Shown here: positions 19,358-27,696 of the stretch, one piece after another
How positions within the stretch are numbered: the stretch's first letter is position 1
How the letters are laid out: each line of letters opens with the position of its first letter
Virus record (IMG/VR): IMGVR_UViG_3300017725_000001
Span: 60,178 to 124,177 of that record
Reading direction: 5' to 3' (one strand)
From: a virus
DNA: 64,000 nt
Translations under genes and position numbers: made by a program
Notes under the pieces: generated by a model
What the model was told of the DNA's origin: nothing
The model's input: only the letters and a program-made list of their open reading frames with translations
Database searches by the model: none

Positions 19358-20449
19358 TTACTGGTCAGTGACCCTCTTTTTCATACTAGCAACAAATTGT
19401 TCACGTAACCATTCAAAGTCATTAATTTTAGTTAATGCTTCGTTATCGTCTTTGTTTGCTATTCCATATTCCTTGCCTTCTAATGCACCTTTTAAACAGT
19501 AACGACCAAAACGAGCTCCAACATCTGTGGTACACCATGTTTCTAATCTTTCATCTGTTTCTTTTTGTTTTTGGTTAGGATTAACTGAACTTGCTAGTTT
19601 AACACATTCACGGAATGCACTACGCCATGTTCTATATGGATCTTTATTAAATCTTGTAATGTTTGATACATCTGCAATAGGTTGATAAAAACTTGCACCA
19701 GTTGTATAATCTGGTAATTCGTGCCCTAGCTCTAATAATTGAACTTTTGGAAATAATTTAACACCACCATATCCATACTCTAATCCATTTACTGGATTTC
19801 TAGCACTCCATACATATGTTGTATTTTTTCTTTTACTCATTGGTGGAATATAGTCAAAACTAAAGTCACCCATAATGTCTGCATCTGCATCAACAATATA
19901 AACCATTTCAGTTTTTGCTAATTCACCTACACGTTTATGAGCATTACCAATACCTTCAACGTTCTTTACGTGTTGTGCATCTTTAAATCTGTTTTTTAAC
20001 TTTTGAAAATTCTCATCTGCTTCAGCTTCGTGGTAACTAATCATAAAGATATCAAATTCTGCAACGTGAAAACTTGCTACCAATTTATTTTCTACCTCAC
20101 CATGAGAAACTCCGTTAGTAGGAACTAATCTAACATCTCCCCAACTTACTGGTCTGTTTGTTCTTTTAACTACTCTAGGAAACGTGTGAATAACTTTTTT
20201 ACCTAAATCACTTGGCCTATAGTGCCAAGGAAATTTTGGGTTAACTTCAATTTCATCAAACACAACCCAAGCCATGTCTGCTTCATCTTTATACTTTTTT
20301 GCTAAATCTAAAATATCGTCTTCATCTTTTAATCTTATTGGTGTTTTAATAATTGGGTAACTTCCAAACATAAATTTTTTGAGTCTATCCCAAGGTGTGA
20401 CAACGTTCTGTCCTGTAAATTCTCTTTGGTTATTTTTTATATTAATCAT
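19358..20449 (-). CDS. Glycosyltransferase-like protein (GT-A fold)
   Basis: IVDADA DxD motif, YGYGGVKLF, WRSAFREC; adjacent to a GT2 gene. Start set at MINIK. Confidence 0.6.
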   Translation of the reverse strand: MINIKNNQREFTGQNVVTPWDRLKKFMFGSYPIIKTPIRLKDEDDILDLAKKYKDEADMAWVVFDEIEVNPKFPWHYRPSDLGKKVIHTFPRVVKRTNRPVSWGDVRLVPTNGVSHGEVENKLVASFHVAEFDIFMISYHEAEADENFQKLKNRFKDAQHVKNVEGIGNAHKRVGELAKTEMVYIVDADADIMGDFSFDYIPPMSKRKNTTYVWSARNPVNGLEYGYGGVKLFPKVQLLELGHELPDYTTGASFYQPIADVSNITRFNKDPYRTWRSAFRECVKLASSVNPNQKQKETDERLETWCTTDVGARFGRYCLKGALEGKEYGIANKDDNEALTKINDFEWLREQFVASMKKRVTDQ

Positions 20450-21092
20450 TGCAATCGCCTTTAACTGTAAATGCACGTGTTCCTATATGTGCTATCTTGT
20501 CACTCAGTTCGTGACTTACATATACTTCATATCCTGCCTCATTAGCTCTTGTACAAAAATATACGTCCTCTCCTATTAAACTTGAATAATCCTCAGAGTA
20601 TTCAATCTTATAAAAAGGCGAAGATAGTTTTTTATAAACTTCTCTTTTTACTAACATCATTCCACTTCCAACAGCCCATACTTTTTCTACGCCTGTACCA
20701 GTAAAAACTCTGTCATCTAAATTGTTCTTACTTCTAAAAGCAACAGGTCTATGTGGTGGAACTCTTGTTGAATAATTTCCAGCAACAATATCTTTGTCTG
20801 CCGCTAATAATATATTTAGGGTATCTACTGGAAAGTTCATATCAGAATCAATCCACATAATGTGGGTACAATTTGTTTCTAATGCTTCAGATACTAACTG
20901 TTGTCTTTGCATAGTAACTTCACTACCCATATTAAAATGGAGAGAAGTTGCTAATCCAGCCTCACCACACTTTCGTTGAAGCATAGCAAGACTGTAAGCA
21001 AAAACCGCAGTAACATTATCTCGCACAGGAACGCAAATAGCTACATTAGCGGAGTTGTTTTTTTTATGATAAAATGATGGTGTTGATACCAT
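20442..21092 (-). CDS. Glycosyltransferase family 2-like
   Basis: AICVP, HIMWIDSDM (DxD), GSGMMLVKR, GEDVYFC motifs. Confidence 0.8.
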   Translation of the reverse strand: MVSTPSFYHKKNNSANVAICVPVRDNVTAVFAYSLAMLQRKCGEAGLATSLHFNMGSEVTMQRQQLVSEALETNCTHIMWIDSDMNFPVDTLNILLAADKDIVAGNYSTRVPPHRPVAFRSKNNLDDRVFTGTGVEKVWAVGSGMMLVKREVYKKLSSPFYKIEYSEDYSSLIGEDVYFCTRANEAGYEVYVSHELSDKIAHIGTRAFTVKGDCND

Positions 21093-21097
21093 TCAGA

Positions 21098-21517
21098 TTA
21101 TTTTGCAGATGCTAAATCTGCTTGAAGTTCAGCTTCAATTTGTTGAACCTCATAATTTAATTGTTTAGCAATACTTGTAGCTTCTTTAACCGATGCCTTA
21201 AAAGCTTCATCTGGCAATGCAACCATATAAGCCATATGCTCTGGTTGTACCTTACCAATTGTAAGAATATCAATTGCCGCTAGTTTTGCTAATCTGTGTA
21301 CCCAATATTCTTCTTCAGTGGATTCAATATCTTTTGTAAGATCTTCTACATTATGTTCTGCAGAAAAATCTTTATAAATTGCTTCTAGTACTGGAAGATC
21401 TGGGTGTGATGTTTCACGAGCTTTCATTAGCTCTTGTGTAAGTACTTGTGCCTTTCTGGCTGGAGACGGGTGTGCTCCAAGTACGAACGTTTCAATCTCG
21501 TATCGAGTTCTAATCAT
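21098..21517 (-). CDS. Hypothetical helical protein
   Basis: ORF with AGGAG RBS before MIRTRYE; first gene of the GT cluster. Confidence 0.65.
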   Translation of the reverse strand: MIRTRYEIETFVLGAHPSPARKAQVLTQELMKARETSHPDLPVLEAIYKDFSAEHNVEDLTKDIESTEEEYWVHRLAKLAAIDILTIGKVQPEHMAYMVALPDEAFKASVKEATSIAKQLNYEVQQIEAELQADLASAK

Positions 21518-21588
21518 TGTTTTCTCCTGTGTTGAGTTTACTCTACTATTAGTCATAGTATTTATATAGTGTATTTATTTTACATTAA

Positions 21589-21625
21589 AGTAAGCACGTT
21601 GTCAAGTATAAACAACGTGCTTACT
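21589..21625. terminator. 14-bp inverted repeat overlapping a sigma70-like promoter
   Basis: agtaagcacgttgt-9 nt-acaacgtgcttact; minus-strand TTGACA(21600-21605)-17-TAAAAT(21577-21582). Confidence 0.6.
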
Positions 21626-21646
21626 AAAATTATTTTATACAATTTC

Positions 21647-21835
21647 TTATGGGTGACCACCAGTTGCTGACGGATACTGCCAACCACCAAAGGTAGCTGA
21701 AAGTTTGATATTTGACGTCACTGACGGTGATATTGTGTTACCTAATTGGCTCAGTGATACTGTACCACTTAATCCAAAATAGTTACGCACAGTTGACATT
21801 GAAATTGTTGAACCGGTTGCTGGTAATGTCGACAT
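21647..21835 (-). CDS. Small tail-fibre-associated protein
   Basis: LPATGSTISMS.VR..FG N-terminus typical of proteins following S74-chaperone fibres; AGGAG RBS. Confidence 0.55.
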   Translation of the reverse strand: MSTLPATGSTISMSTVRNYFGLSGTVSLSQLGNTISPSVTSNIKLSATFGGWQYPSATGGHP

Positions 21836-21925
21836 ATTATTCTCCTGTCAAATTGTAATTAACGTTAATTACAAGCATATTGCTTGTAGTATTATTTATC
21901 TATATAGCTCGTGTTATATAGCAGT

Positions 21926-23569
21926 TTATAATCTTTTCTTTAATTCTTCTATCTCTTTTTGTTGCTCTTTTATAGCTTCTATTAAAATACCTACTATATT
22001 ACCATATGCTACTGATTTCATTCCATCTGGAGCTGTATGTACTACTTGAGGCAATATTTCTTCTACTTCTTGTGCTATTACACCAGTACTATTTCTACCA
22101 TCTTTTTCAAAATGTACACCACGTAATTTACTTACTGTATCTACTGCATTTGTAATAGTTTCAATATTTCTTTTTAATCTTTTATCTGAGTATGCTGTAA
22201 CATCACCAGTTGCTGTAAAGTCACCTGTGTAACTACCACTCATTAAAAATTCTGTTCCACTTAATGATAATCCATTGCCTGCTGTATATGTTGTGTTTGT
22301 ATCAGTTGTAACATATCCTGCACCATTTGCTAATTGATTATTGTCTGTTGGAATTGTTGGTTTATTACTAAGGTCGCTATAATCACCTGACGTTGCTACT
22401 GTTGCAAAACTAGGAACACCTGATAAAGAGCTATAGTTTCCATCAAATACTTCACTTGCATTAGCTAGTTCTACCCAGTTACCTGCATGAGCAAAATATC
22501 CTTTGCCTGTTGCGTGTACATGAGCAAACATTCCATGATATGTACTTGCACTTGGAAGATCACCTATTGTTGCATAGACGTTAGCAAATAAAACTTTATT
22601 ACCGTTCATATCTAAATCTGAATTTGTAATTGTTCCACTTGCGTTTGCTGTTATTCTAGAATCTACTCTAGCATCTGTATAATATAAATTAGAGCCTTCT
22701 GCTAAATCTCCTGTATCTTTAGTACCTAACCAAGTATCTGCTGTACTTGTAAAATCTGCTGTAGCTAATTTTGTTGCTATTGAAGTTGTTATTGTTGTTG
22801 AGAAGTTTGCATCGTCACCAAGTGCCGCCGCTAATTCATTTAATGTATCTAATGTTGTTGGAGCTGTATCAACTAAATTTGATATTGCTGTATCTGTATA
22901 TGTTTCATATGCTGTAGTTATTGCTACTTCTCTAGTATCTGTATAAGTGTTAGCTGTACTAATTGCATCTGCTTCAGCTGTATCTGTATAAGTTTGATAT
23001 GCTGTAGTTATACTTGCTGTAGCTGTAGCAATTTCTGTATCTGTATATGAGTTTGCCGCTGTACTACCACTTGATGTAGATGACGCTATAGCTGATGTAT
23101 ATGCTGTAGTAATTGCTGTTTCACGTGTATCTGTATATGCTTTTGCATCTACTAGTGTGTTTGCTATTGCTGTAACATTATTATTAATTGCTGTTTCGTT
23201 GTTTATAATAGCTGTAGCATTATTTGATATCGCTGTAGCATTATTTGTAATGGCTGTAGCATTATTTGATATCGCTGTAGCATTATTTGATATTGCTGTA
23301 GTATTATTTGATATCGCTGTAGCATTAGATGCAATATTTGCTGTATTAGTAGCAATGTTTGCTGTATTAGTATTAACACTTGCTGTTAAACTTGCATTTG
23401 TTGCATTTTGAGATGGTATCTCAACATTCTGTAATGTAACTGTAGTACCATCATGCGTGAACACATCTACTCCATTAATTTGTAACTGATCTAAATTACT
23501 GTTTGTTAATAATGTTGCACTAGGATCTGCGTCGTGTAATACTATTTTGTTTCCAATTTTAAATGCCAT
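21926..23569 (-). CDS. Tail fibre with C-terminal peptidase S74 chaperone
   Basis: Heptad repeats; GDVTAYSDKRLK cleavage site; GVIAQEVE..LIEAIKE. Confidence 0.85.
   Translation of the reverse strand: MAFKIGNKIVLHDADPSATLLTNSNLDQLQINGVDVFTHDGTTVTLQNVEIPSQNATNASLTASVNTNTANIATNTANIASNATAISNNTTAISNNATAISNNATAITNNATAISNNATAIINNETAINNNVTAIANTLVDAKAYTDTRETAITTAYTSAIASSTSSGSTAANSYTDTEIATATASITTAYQTYTDTAEADAISTANTYTDTREVAITTAYETYTDTAISNLVDTAPTTLDTLNELAAALGDDANFSTTITTSIATKLATADFTSTADTWLGTKDTGDLAEGSNLYYTDARVDSRITANASGTITNSDLDMNGNKVLFANVYATIGDLPSASTYHGMFAHVHATGKGYFAHAGNWVELANASEVFDGNYSSLSGVPSFATVATSGDYSDLSNKPTIPTDNNQLANGAGYVTTDTNTTYTAGNGLSLSGTEFLMSGSYTGDFTATGDVTAYSDKRLKRNIETITNAVDTVSKLRGVHFEKDGRNSTGVIAQEVEEILPQVVHTAPDGMKSVAYGNIVGILIEAIKEQQKEIEELKKRL
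23169..23336 (-). repeat. 21-bp tandem repeat encoding (I)SNNATA heptads
   Basis: Unit gctgtagcattatttgatatc repeated about 6-8 times with variation. Confidence 0.8.
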
Positions 23570-23590
23570 TTATATATCCTCTACTACTAT

Positions 23591-25369
23591 TTATGGTGTA
23601 CTTTGAAATTGAGAAGGTACAAGTTGTTGCCAATCTAGTCCATCCCAACCCTCAAACATCCTTGTTTCTGTGTTAAAATACATTTGTCCTTCTACTGGAC
23701 TTGCTGGTCTTTGTGCTGTAGTTCCTTTTGGTAAAACAAAGCTAGTTGATATTCTTGCATCTACTCTAGCATCTGTATAATATTTTCTAGTAGTACCTTC
23801 TGCTAAATCGTCTGTGGTACGAGTTGATAAATCTGCTGGTAACCCAGTTATTGTAGCACCTGTGAAATTAACACTACCACTAAATGTTGATGCACCATTT
23901 GAATCTATATCACCTGATACATTTCCGCCAAAGTTTGGAGTTCCACTTATTGAACCGTTATCTAGTACAGGGTTTCCGTTAGAGTTATAAATTACACCTT
24001 GTAATACCCCTACTACATTACCTGTATAAATTGGTGTTGAGTATTGCATATCAATTACTTTGGCACCAGTAGTTGGGTGAATTACTTCACCATGTAAGTC
24101 ACCGTCAAATTCATCAAAAGATGCTGTTTTGCCACCAATGCCTACATTGCCACTGGTGTTGTCCATAATAACATTGCCATTGGTATCATATAGTTTACCT
24201 TCAAATGCAGTAGCACTAATACTACTACCAAATGAAACGTGGCTACTATTTGTAGAGGCAATTCTAGCATCTGCATATGCGTTAACTTCATTTGCAAAAT
24301 TTACATATCCAAATTTACTTGTGCTACTGTCATATAAAAGAAAGTCTCCATTAGCAACGGTGTCGCCTGTAAAACCAATATCTGATAAACTTGTTGCAGT
24401 TAAACTATTATTGTTTGCTGTAATACGTGTATTGATTTCATCTTCATAGTTTACAAGTCCCCATTGTGATCCATCATACAATAGCATATCACCAGTAGCA
24501 GATGTATCTGTACTATCAACATCTGATAAACTTTGTATTCCATGATTTGAAATATCTGATACAGTACCTGTAACATTACCATCTAAGTCTGCATGAACAA
24601 TAGGTCCTGGTGTTGCATCATCTTCAATGATAAGTGTGCTACCAGTTCTATCATAAACTGCACCGTTCCAATTACCTAATGTACTTGTTCCAGTAAAATC
24701 TACACTACCTCCAGTAAATGTAGCAATGCCACTAATATTAGTAGTACCTGCATTTAATGTTGTTGCGGTTGCTGTATCAACTGTTAGGGCAGAATCTAAA
24801 TTACCGGTTCCGCTTTCTAAAATTTTATTTGCACCAGTTATATCGTAAACCGAACCGTTCCAATTACCTAGTGTAGTTCCATTAGTAGCATCAAACATTC
24901 CAGTAAGTGTAACTGTACCTGTATGCAAACCTGTTGAATTACCTATGTATTCAGCAGGTGTATTTGCATTACCAACTGTTAAAATATGTTTTGATGTATC
25001 TGTTGGATCTGCTGGCCAATAGCCAATATTTTCTGTTACTAAATTTGTTGTATGTATTGCACCACTTGGACTTGTTACATATATTGTTGTAGCATTTAGA
25101 GAATTTAATTCTAGTGTACCTTTTGTTAATGTACCATCTACTGCACTAATATCATTAAGAGAGTTTGATACTAAATTAATTCCTTCAATTAAAAAGAACT
25201 TTGCTGTAGATGAGTCACGAACAAGCCCAGAATATGTGCTTATACCTCTCTTTGATAAAAAACCAGAATCAACATCTTCTGATGAATCTTGATTAAGTAT
25301 TAGTAAAGGGTCTTTGACAGCAGATTCTGTGCTTTGTAAATTACTTACTTGTATCTTTCTAAATGCCAT
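23591..25369 (-). CDS. Tail fibre/virion structural protein
   Basis: Gly/Thr-rich beta repeats; C-terminal LPKGTTAQRP..GQMYFNT..FEGW motif. Confidence 0.75.
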   Translation of the reverse strand: MAFRKIQVSNLQSTESAVKDPLLILNQDSSEDVDSGFLSKRGISTYSGLVRDSSTAKFFLIEGINLVSNSLNDISAVDGTLTKGTLELNSLNATTIYVTSPSGAIHTTNLVTENIGYWPADPTDTSKHILTVGNANTPAEYIGNSTGLHTGTVTLTGMFDATNGTTLGNWNGSVYDITGANKILESGTGNLDSALTVDTATATTLNAGTTNISGIATFTGGSVDFTGTSTLGNWNGAVYDRTGSTLIIEDDATPGPIVHADLDGNVTGTVSDISNHGIQSLSDVDSTDTSATGDMLLYDGSQWGLVNYEDEINTRITANNNSLTATSLSDIGFTGDTVANGDFLLYDSSTSKFGYVNFANEVNAYADARIASTNSSHVSFGSSISATAFEGKLYDTNGNVIMDNTSGNVGIGGKTASFDEFDGDLHGEVIHPTTGAKVIDMQYSTPIYTGNVVGVLQGVIYNSNGNPVLDNGSISGTPNFGGNVSGDIDSNGASTFSGSVNFTGATITGLPADLSTRTTDDLAEGTTRKYYTDARVDARISTSFVLPKGTTAQRPASPVEGQMYFNTETRMFEGWDGLDWQQLVPSQFQSTP

Positions 25370-25433
25370 TTTTGCTCCTACAGCTAATTATAATACTATT
25401 TATCGCTTTTTAAAGTATTGTATAGTCATTAAA

Positions 25434-25463
25434 AAAGCGAGTGTAATTTCTTACACTCGCTTT
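25434..25463 (-). terminator. Intrinsic terminator
   Basis: aaagcgagtgtaa-tttc-ttacactcgcttt, 13-bp stem. Confidence 0.75.
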
Positions 25464-25481
25464 AATATATTAGTAATATAA

Positions 25482-27527
25482 TTACTTGTTAGCTTTAAGT
25501 TCTGCTACTTGAGCTGATAATTCCTTAACCGCTTCAATTAGTAGACCTGTAATGTTACCATATGCTACTGATTTTAAACCAGTTGCATCAGTGTGTACTG
25601 CTTCTGGAAGTACTGCTTCTAATTCTTGGGCAACAACACCTGTTGCTCTTGAATCATCTGCAATTCTGTTCCAAGTGTAACCACTAATATTCTCTACTTT
25701 TCCTAGAGCACCATCAATTACTTGAATGTTTCTTTTTAAGCTCTCATCTGAGTATGCTGTAACATCACCAGTTGCTGTAAAGTCACCAGTATATGAACCT
25801 GACATAGCTATGCCATCTGCACTTACTGTGATACCATTTCCGCCACCGACGTTAAATGTACGATCACTTGCTAGTGTACCACCACCTGTTAAGCCGTTAC
25901 CAGCTATCATGTTAGTACCTGTTGCCGCTTTACTTGCTAGGTTGTTAGTCATTGTTGTACTAAAGTTAGCATCATCACCCATTGCCGCCGCTAGTTCATT
26001 CAATGTATCTAAAGCACCTGGTGCTGAATCTACAAGGTTGTTAACCGCAGTTGTAAGATCTGATTGTTTAGCTAGTTCCACCCAGTTACCTGCGTGAGCA
26101 AAAACAGCTTTTCCACCATCATGTACGTGAGCAAACATACCGTGGTATGTACCCGCCGCTGGTAGATCGCCGTCTGTCGCGTAAACGTTAGCAAATTTAA
26201 CTTTACCAGTTGTAGTAATATCATTAGCACCCATGTCTAGAGCATTGCCTTTAATATTAGCTACTGCTGTTGTAATCGCATCTGCTTCTGCTTGGTCTGC
26301 ATATGCTTGAGTAGCCATGTCTGAACCACCAACTGACATACCGCCACCTGAAGCTGAAATGTCTACACCACCTAGGTCAATTGTTGAACCTTTTAGGAAT
26401 AGTTTATTCCAACGATTTGTTGCTGAACCTAAGTTGTAAGTTTCAGTTGTTGCAGGAAGAATGTCTGCGCCAACTGTACCTAATGCAGTATCTACTCTTG
26501 CGTCAGTAAAGTATACATTAGTTGGTGATCCTGATTCAGGAACATCATCAGTTGTAAGTACTGATATTGCACTAGTATAAGCTGTTGTAATTGCAGTTTC
26601 TCTACCGTCTGTATATAAGTTAGCAGAAGTAACAGCATCTGCTTCAGCTGTATCTGCATAACTTTGTAGTGTAGATGTTAATGCCGCGTCTTGTGAATCA
26701 ACATAAGTCTTCGCCGCTTTTAAACCAATGTCTGCAGTTGCAGATGTTTCAAAAGCTACCCTAGCTGTAGTTTCTGCCGCTAGGTTTGTAGTTAAAGTGG
26801 CTTCTGCCGCTCTAGCTGTAGTTGCTTCAGAAGATATAGCTGTTGTATTAGCAATAATATCTGCTTGAGCTGTAGTCATTGCAGTACCATTATTGCTACT
26901 TGTAGTTTGTAGAGCAGTAATAGCACTTGCGTTTGCCGCAATGTTATTAGTTATTGTAGTTGAGAAATTAGCGTCATCACCTAAGGCGTTTGCTAATTCG
27001 TTCAATGTATCTAACGCACCTGGTGCACCGTTGACTACGTTTGAAATCTGTAAGTCCACATAAGTTTTGTTAGAAACGTCCCCACCGTCTGTCGGATTTG
27101 GAACATTTATTATCTTGTTTGAATTCATGTCAATTTTGTCACCAAAACCAACTGAAGTTCCACCACTTGAAGTGATGTTTTTGCCATCTAGCATCTGTAA
27201 AGTACCAGCGACATTTACTGTTTGTGTTGATTGCAGGGTAATTACTCCTGTGCCCTCAGTTTTAACAGTTAAGCCTTGGTCCGTATCTGCTTTAAGAACG
27301 ATTGTACCTGAATCATCATGGATTACTTTTTGGTTATTAATGTAAAGTGATCCTTGAGAAAGGTATAAATCTTTCCATTTTGCAGTAGTAGAACCCAAGT
27401 CGTAACCAGTTGTACCATCCGAATCAACGTCAGGTAGGATTGAACCACCCATCGTTAAATTGGCTAGTAATTCTGAGGCGTCATCAGTTTTAAAACCACC
27501 GTCAATTATAAATTTTCTTTGTGCCAT
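25482..27527 (-). CDS. Tail fibre with C-terminal peptidase S74 chaperone
   Basis: APGALDTLNELA modules, GDVTAYSDESLK, GVVAQELE..LIEAVKEL. Confidence 0.85.
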   Translation of the reverse strand: MAQRKFIIDGGFKTDDASELLANLTMGGSILPDVDSDGTTGYDLGSTTAKWKDLYLSQGSLYINNQKVIHDDSGTIVLKADTDQGLTVKTEGTGVITLQSTQTVNVAGTLQMLDGKNITSSGGTSVGFGDKIDMNSNKIINVPNPTDGGDVSNKTYVDLQISNVVNGAPGALDTLNELANALGDDANFSTTITNNIAANASAITALQTTSSNNGTAMTTAQADIIANTTAISSEATTARAAEATLTTNLAAETTARVAFETSATADIGLKAAKTYVDSQDAALTSTLQSYADTAEADAVTSANLYTDGRETAITTAYTSAISVLTTDDVPESGSPTNVYFTDARVDTALGTVGADILPATTETYNLGSATNRWNKLFLKGSTIDLGGVDISASGGGMSVGGSDMATQAYADQAEADAITTAVANIKGNALDMGANDITTTGKVKFANVYATDGDLPAAGTYHGMFAHVHDGGKAVFAHAGNWVELAKQSDLTTAVNNLVDSAPGALDTLNELAAAMGDDANFSTTMTNNLASKAATGTNMIAGNGLTGGGTLASDRTFNVGGGNGITVSADGIAMSGSYTGDFTATGDVTAYSDESLKRNIQVIDGALGKVENISGYTWNRIADDSRATGVVAQELEAVLPEAVHTDATGLKSVAYGNITGLLIEAVKELSAQVAELKANK

Positions 27528-27636
27528 TTTTATGACTCCTTTTTGATCAAAAAAGTTATTGCCACATTGAGTAGCAAAGTATTTATTCTTTTTCTAGCAG
27601 TATTATCAACTTTGATAATAAAGCTACTTTAAAAGA

Positions 27637-27660
27637 GGCGTAACCTTAATTTGTTACGCC
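27637..27660 (-). terminator. Intrinsic terminator
   Basis: ggcgtaac...gttacgcc stem with flanking A-run. Confidence 0.6.
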
Positions 27661-27696
27661 CCTTTAAGTTTGGTTACTTAAGAAGCGATATACTCC

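Noticed and set aside
21926-27527. Diversity-generating retroelement or invertase shufflon acting on fibres
   Set aside because: Repeats are direct and coding; no adenine-specific mismatch pattern was noticed, and no reverse transcriptase or invertase is in the window.
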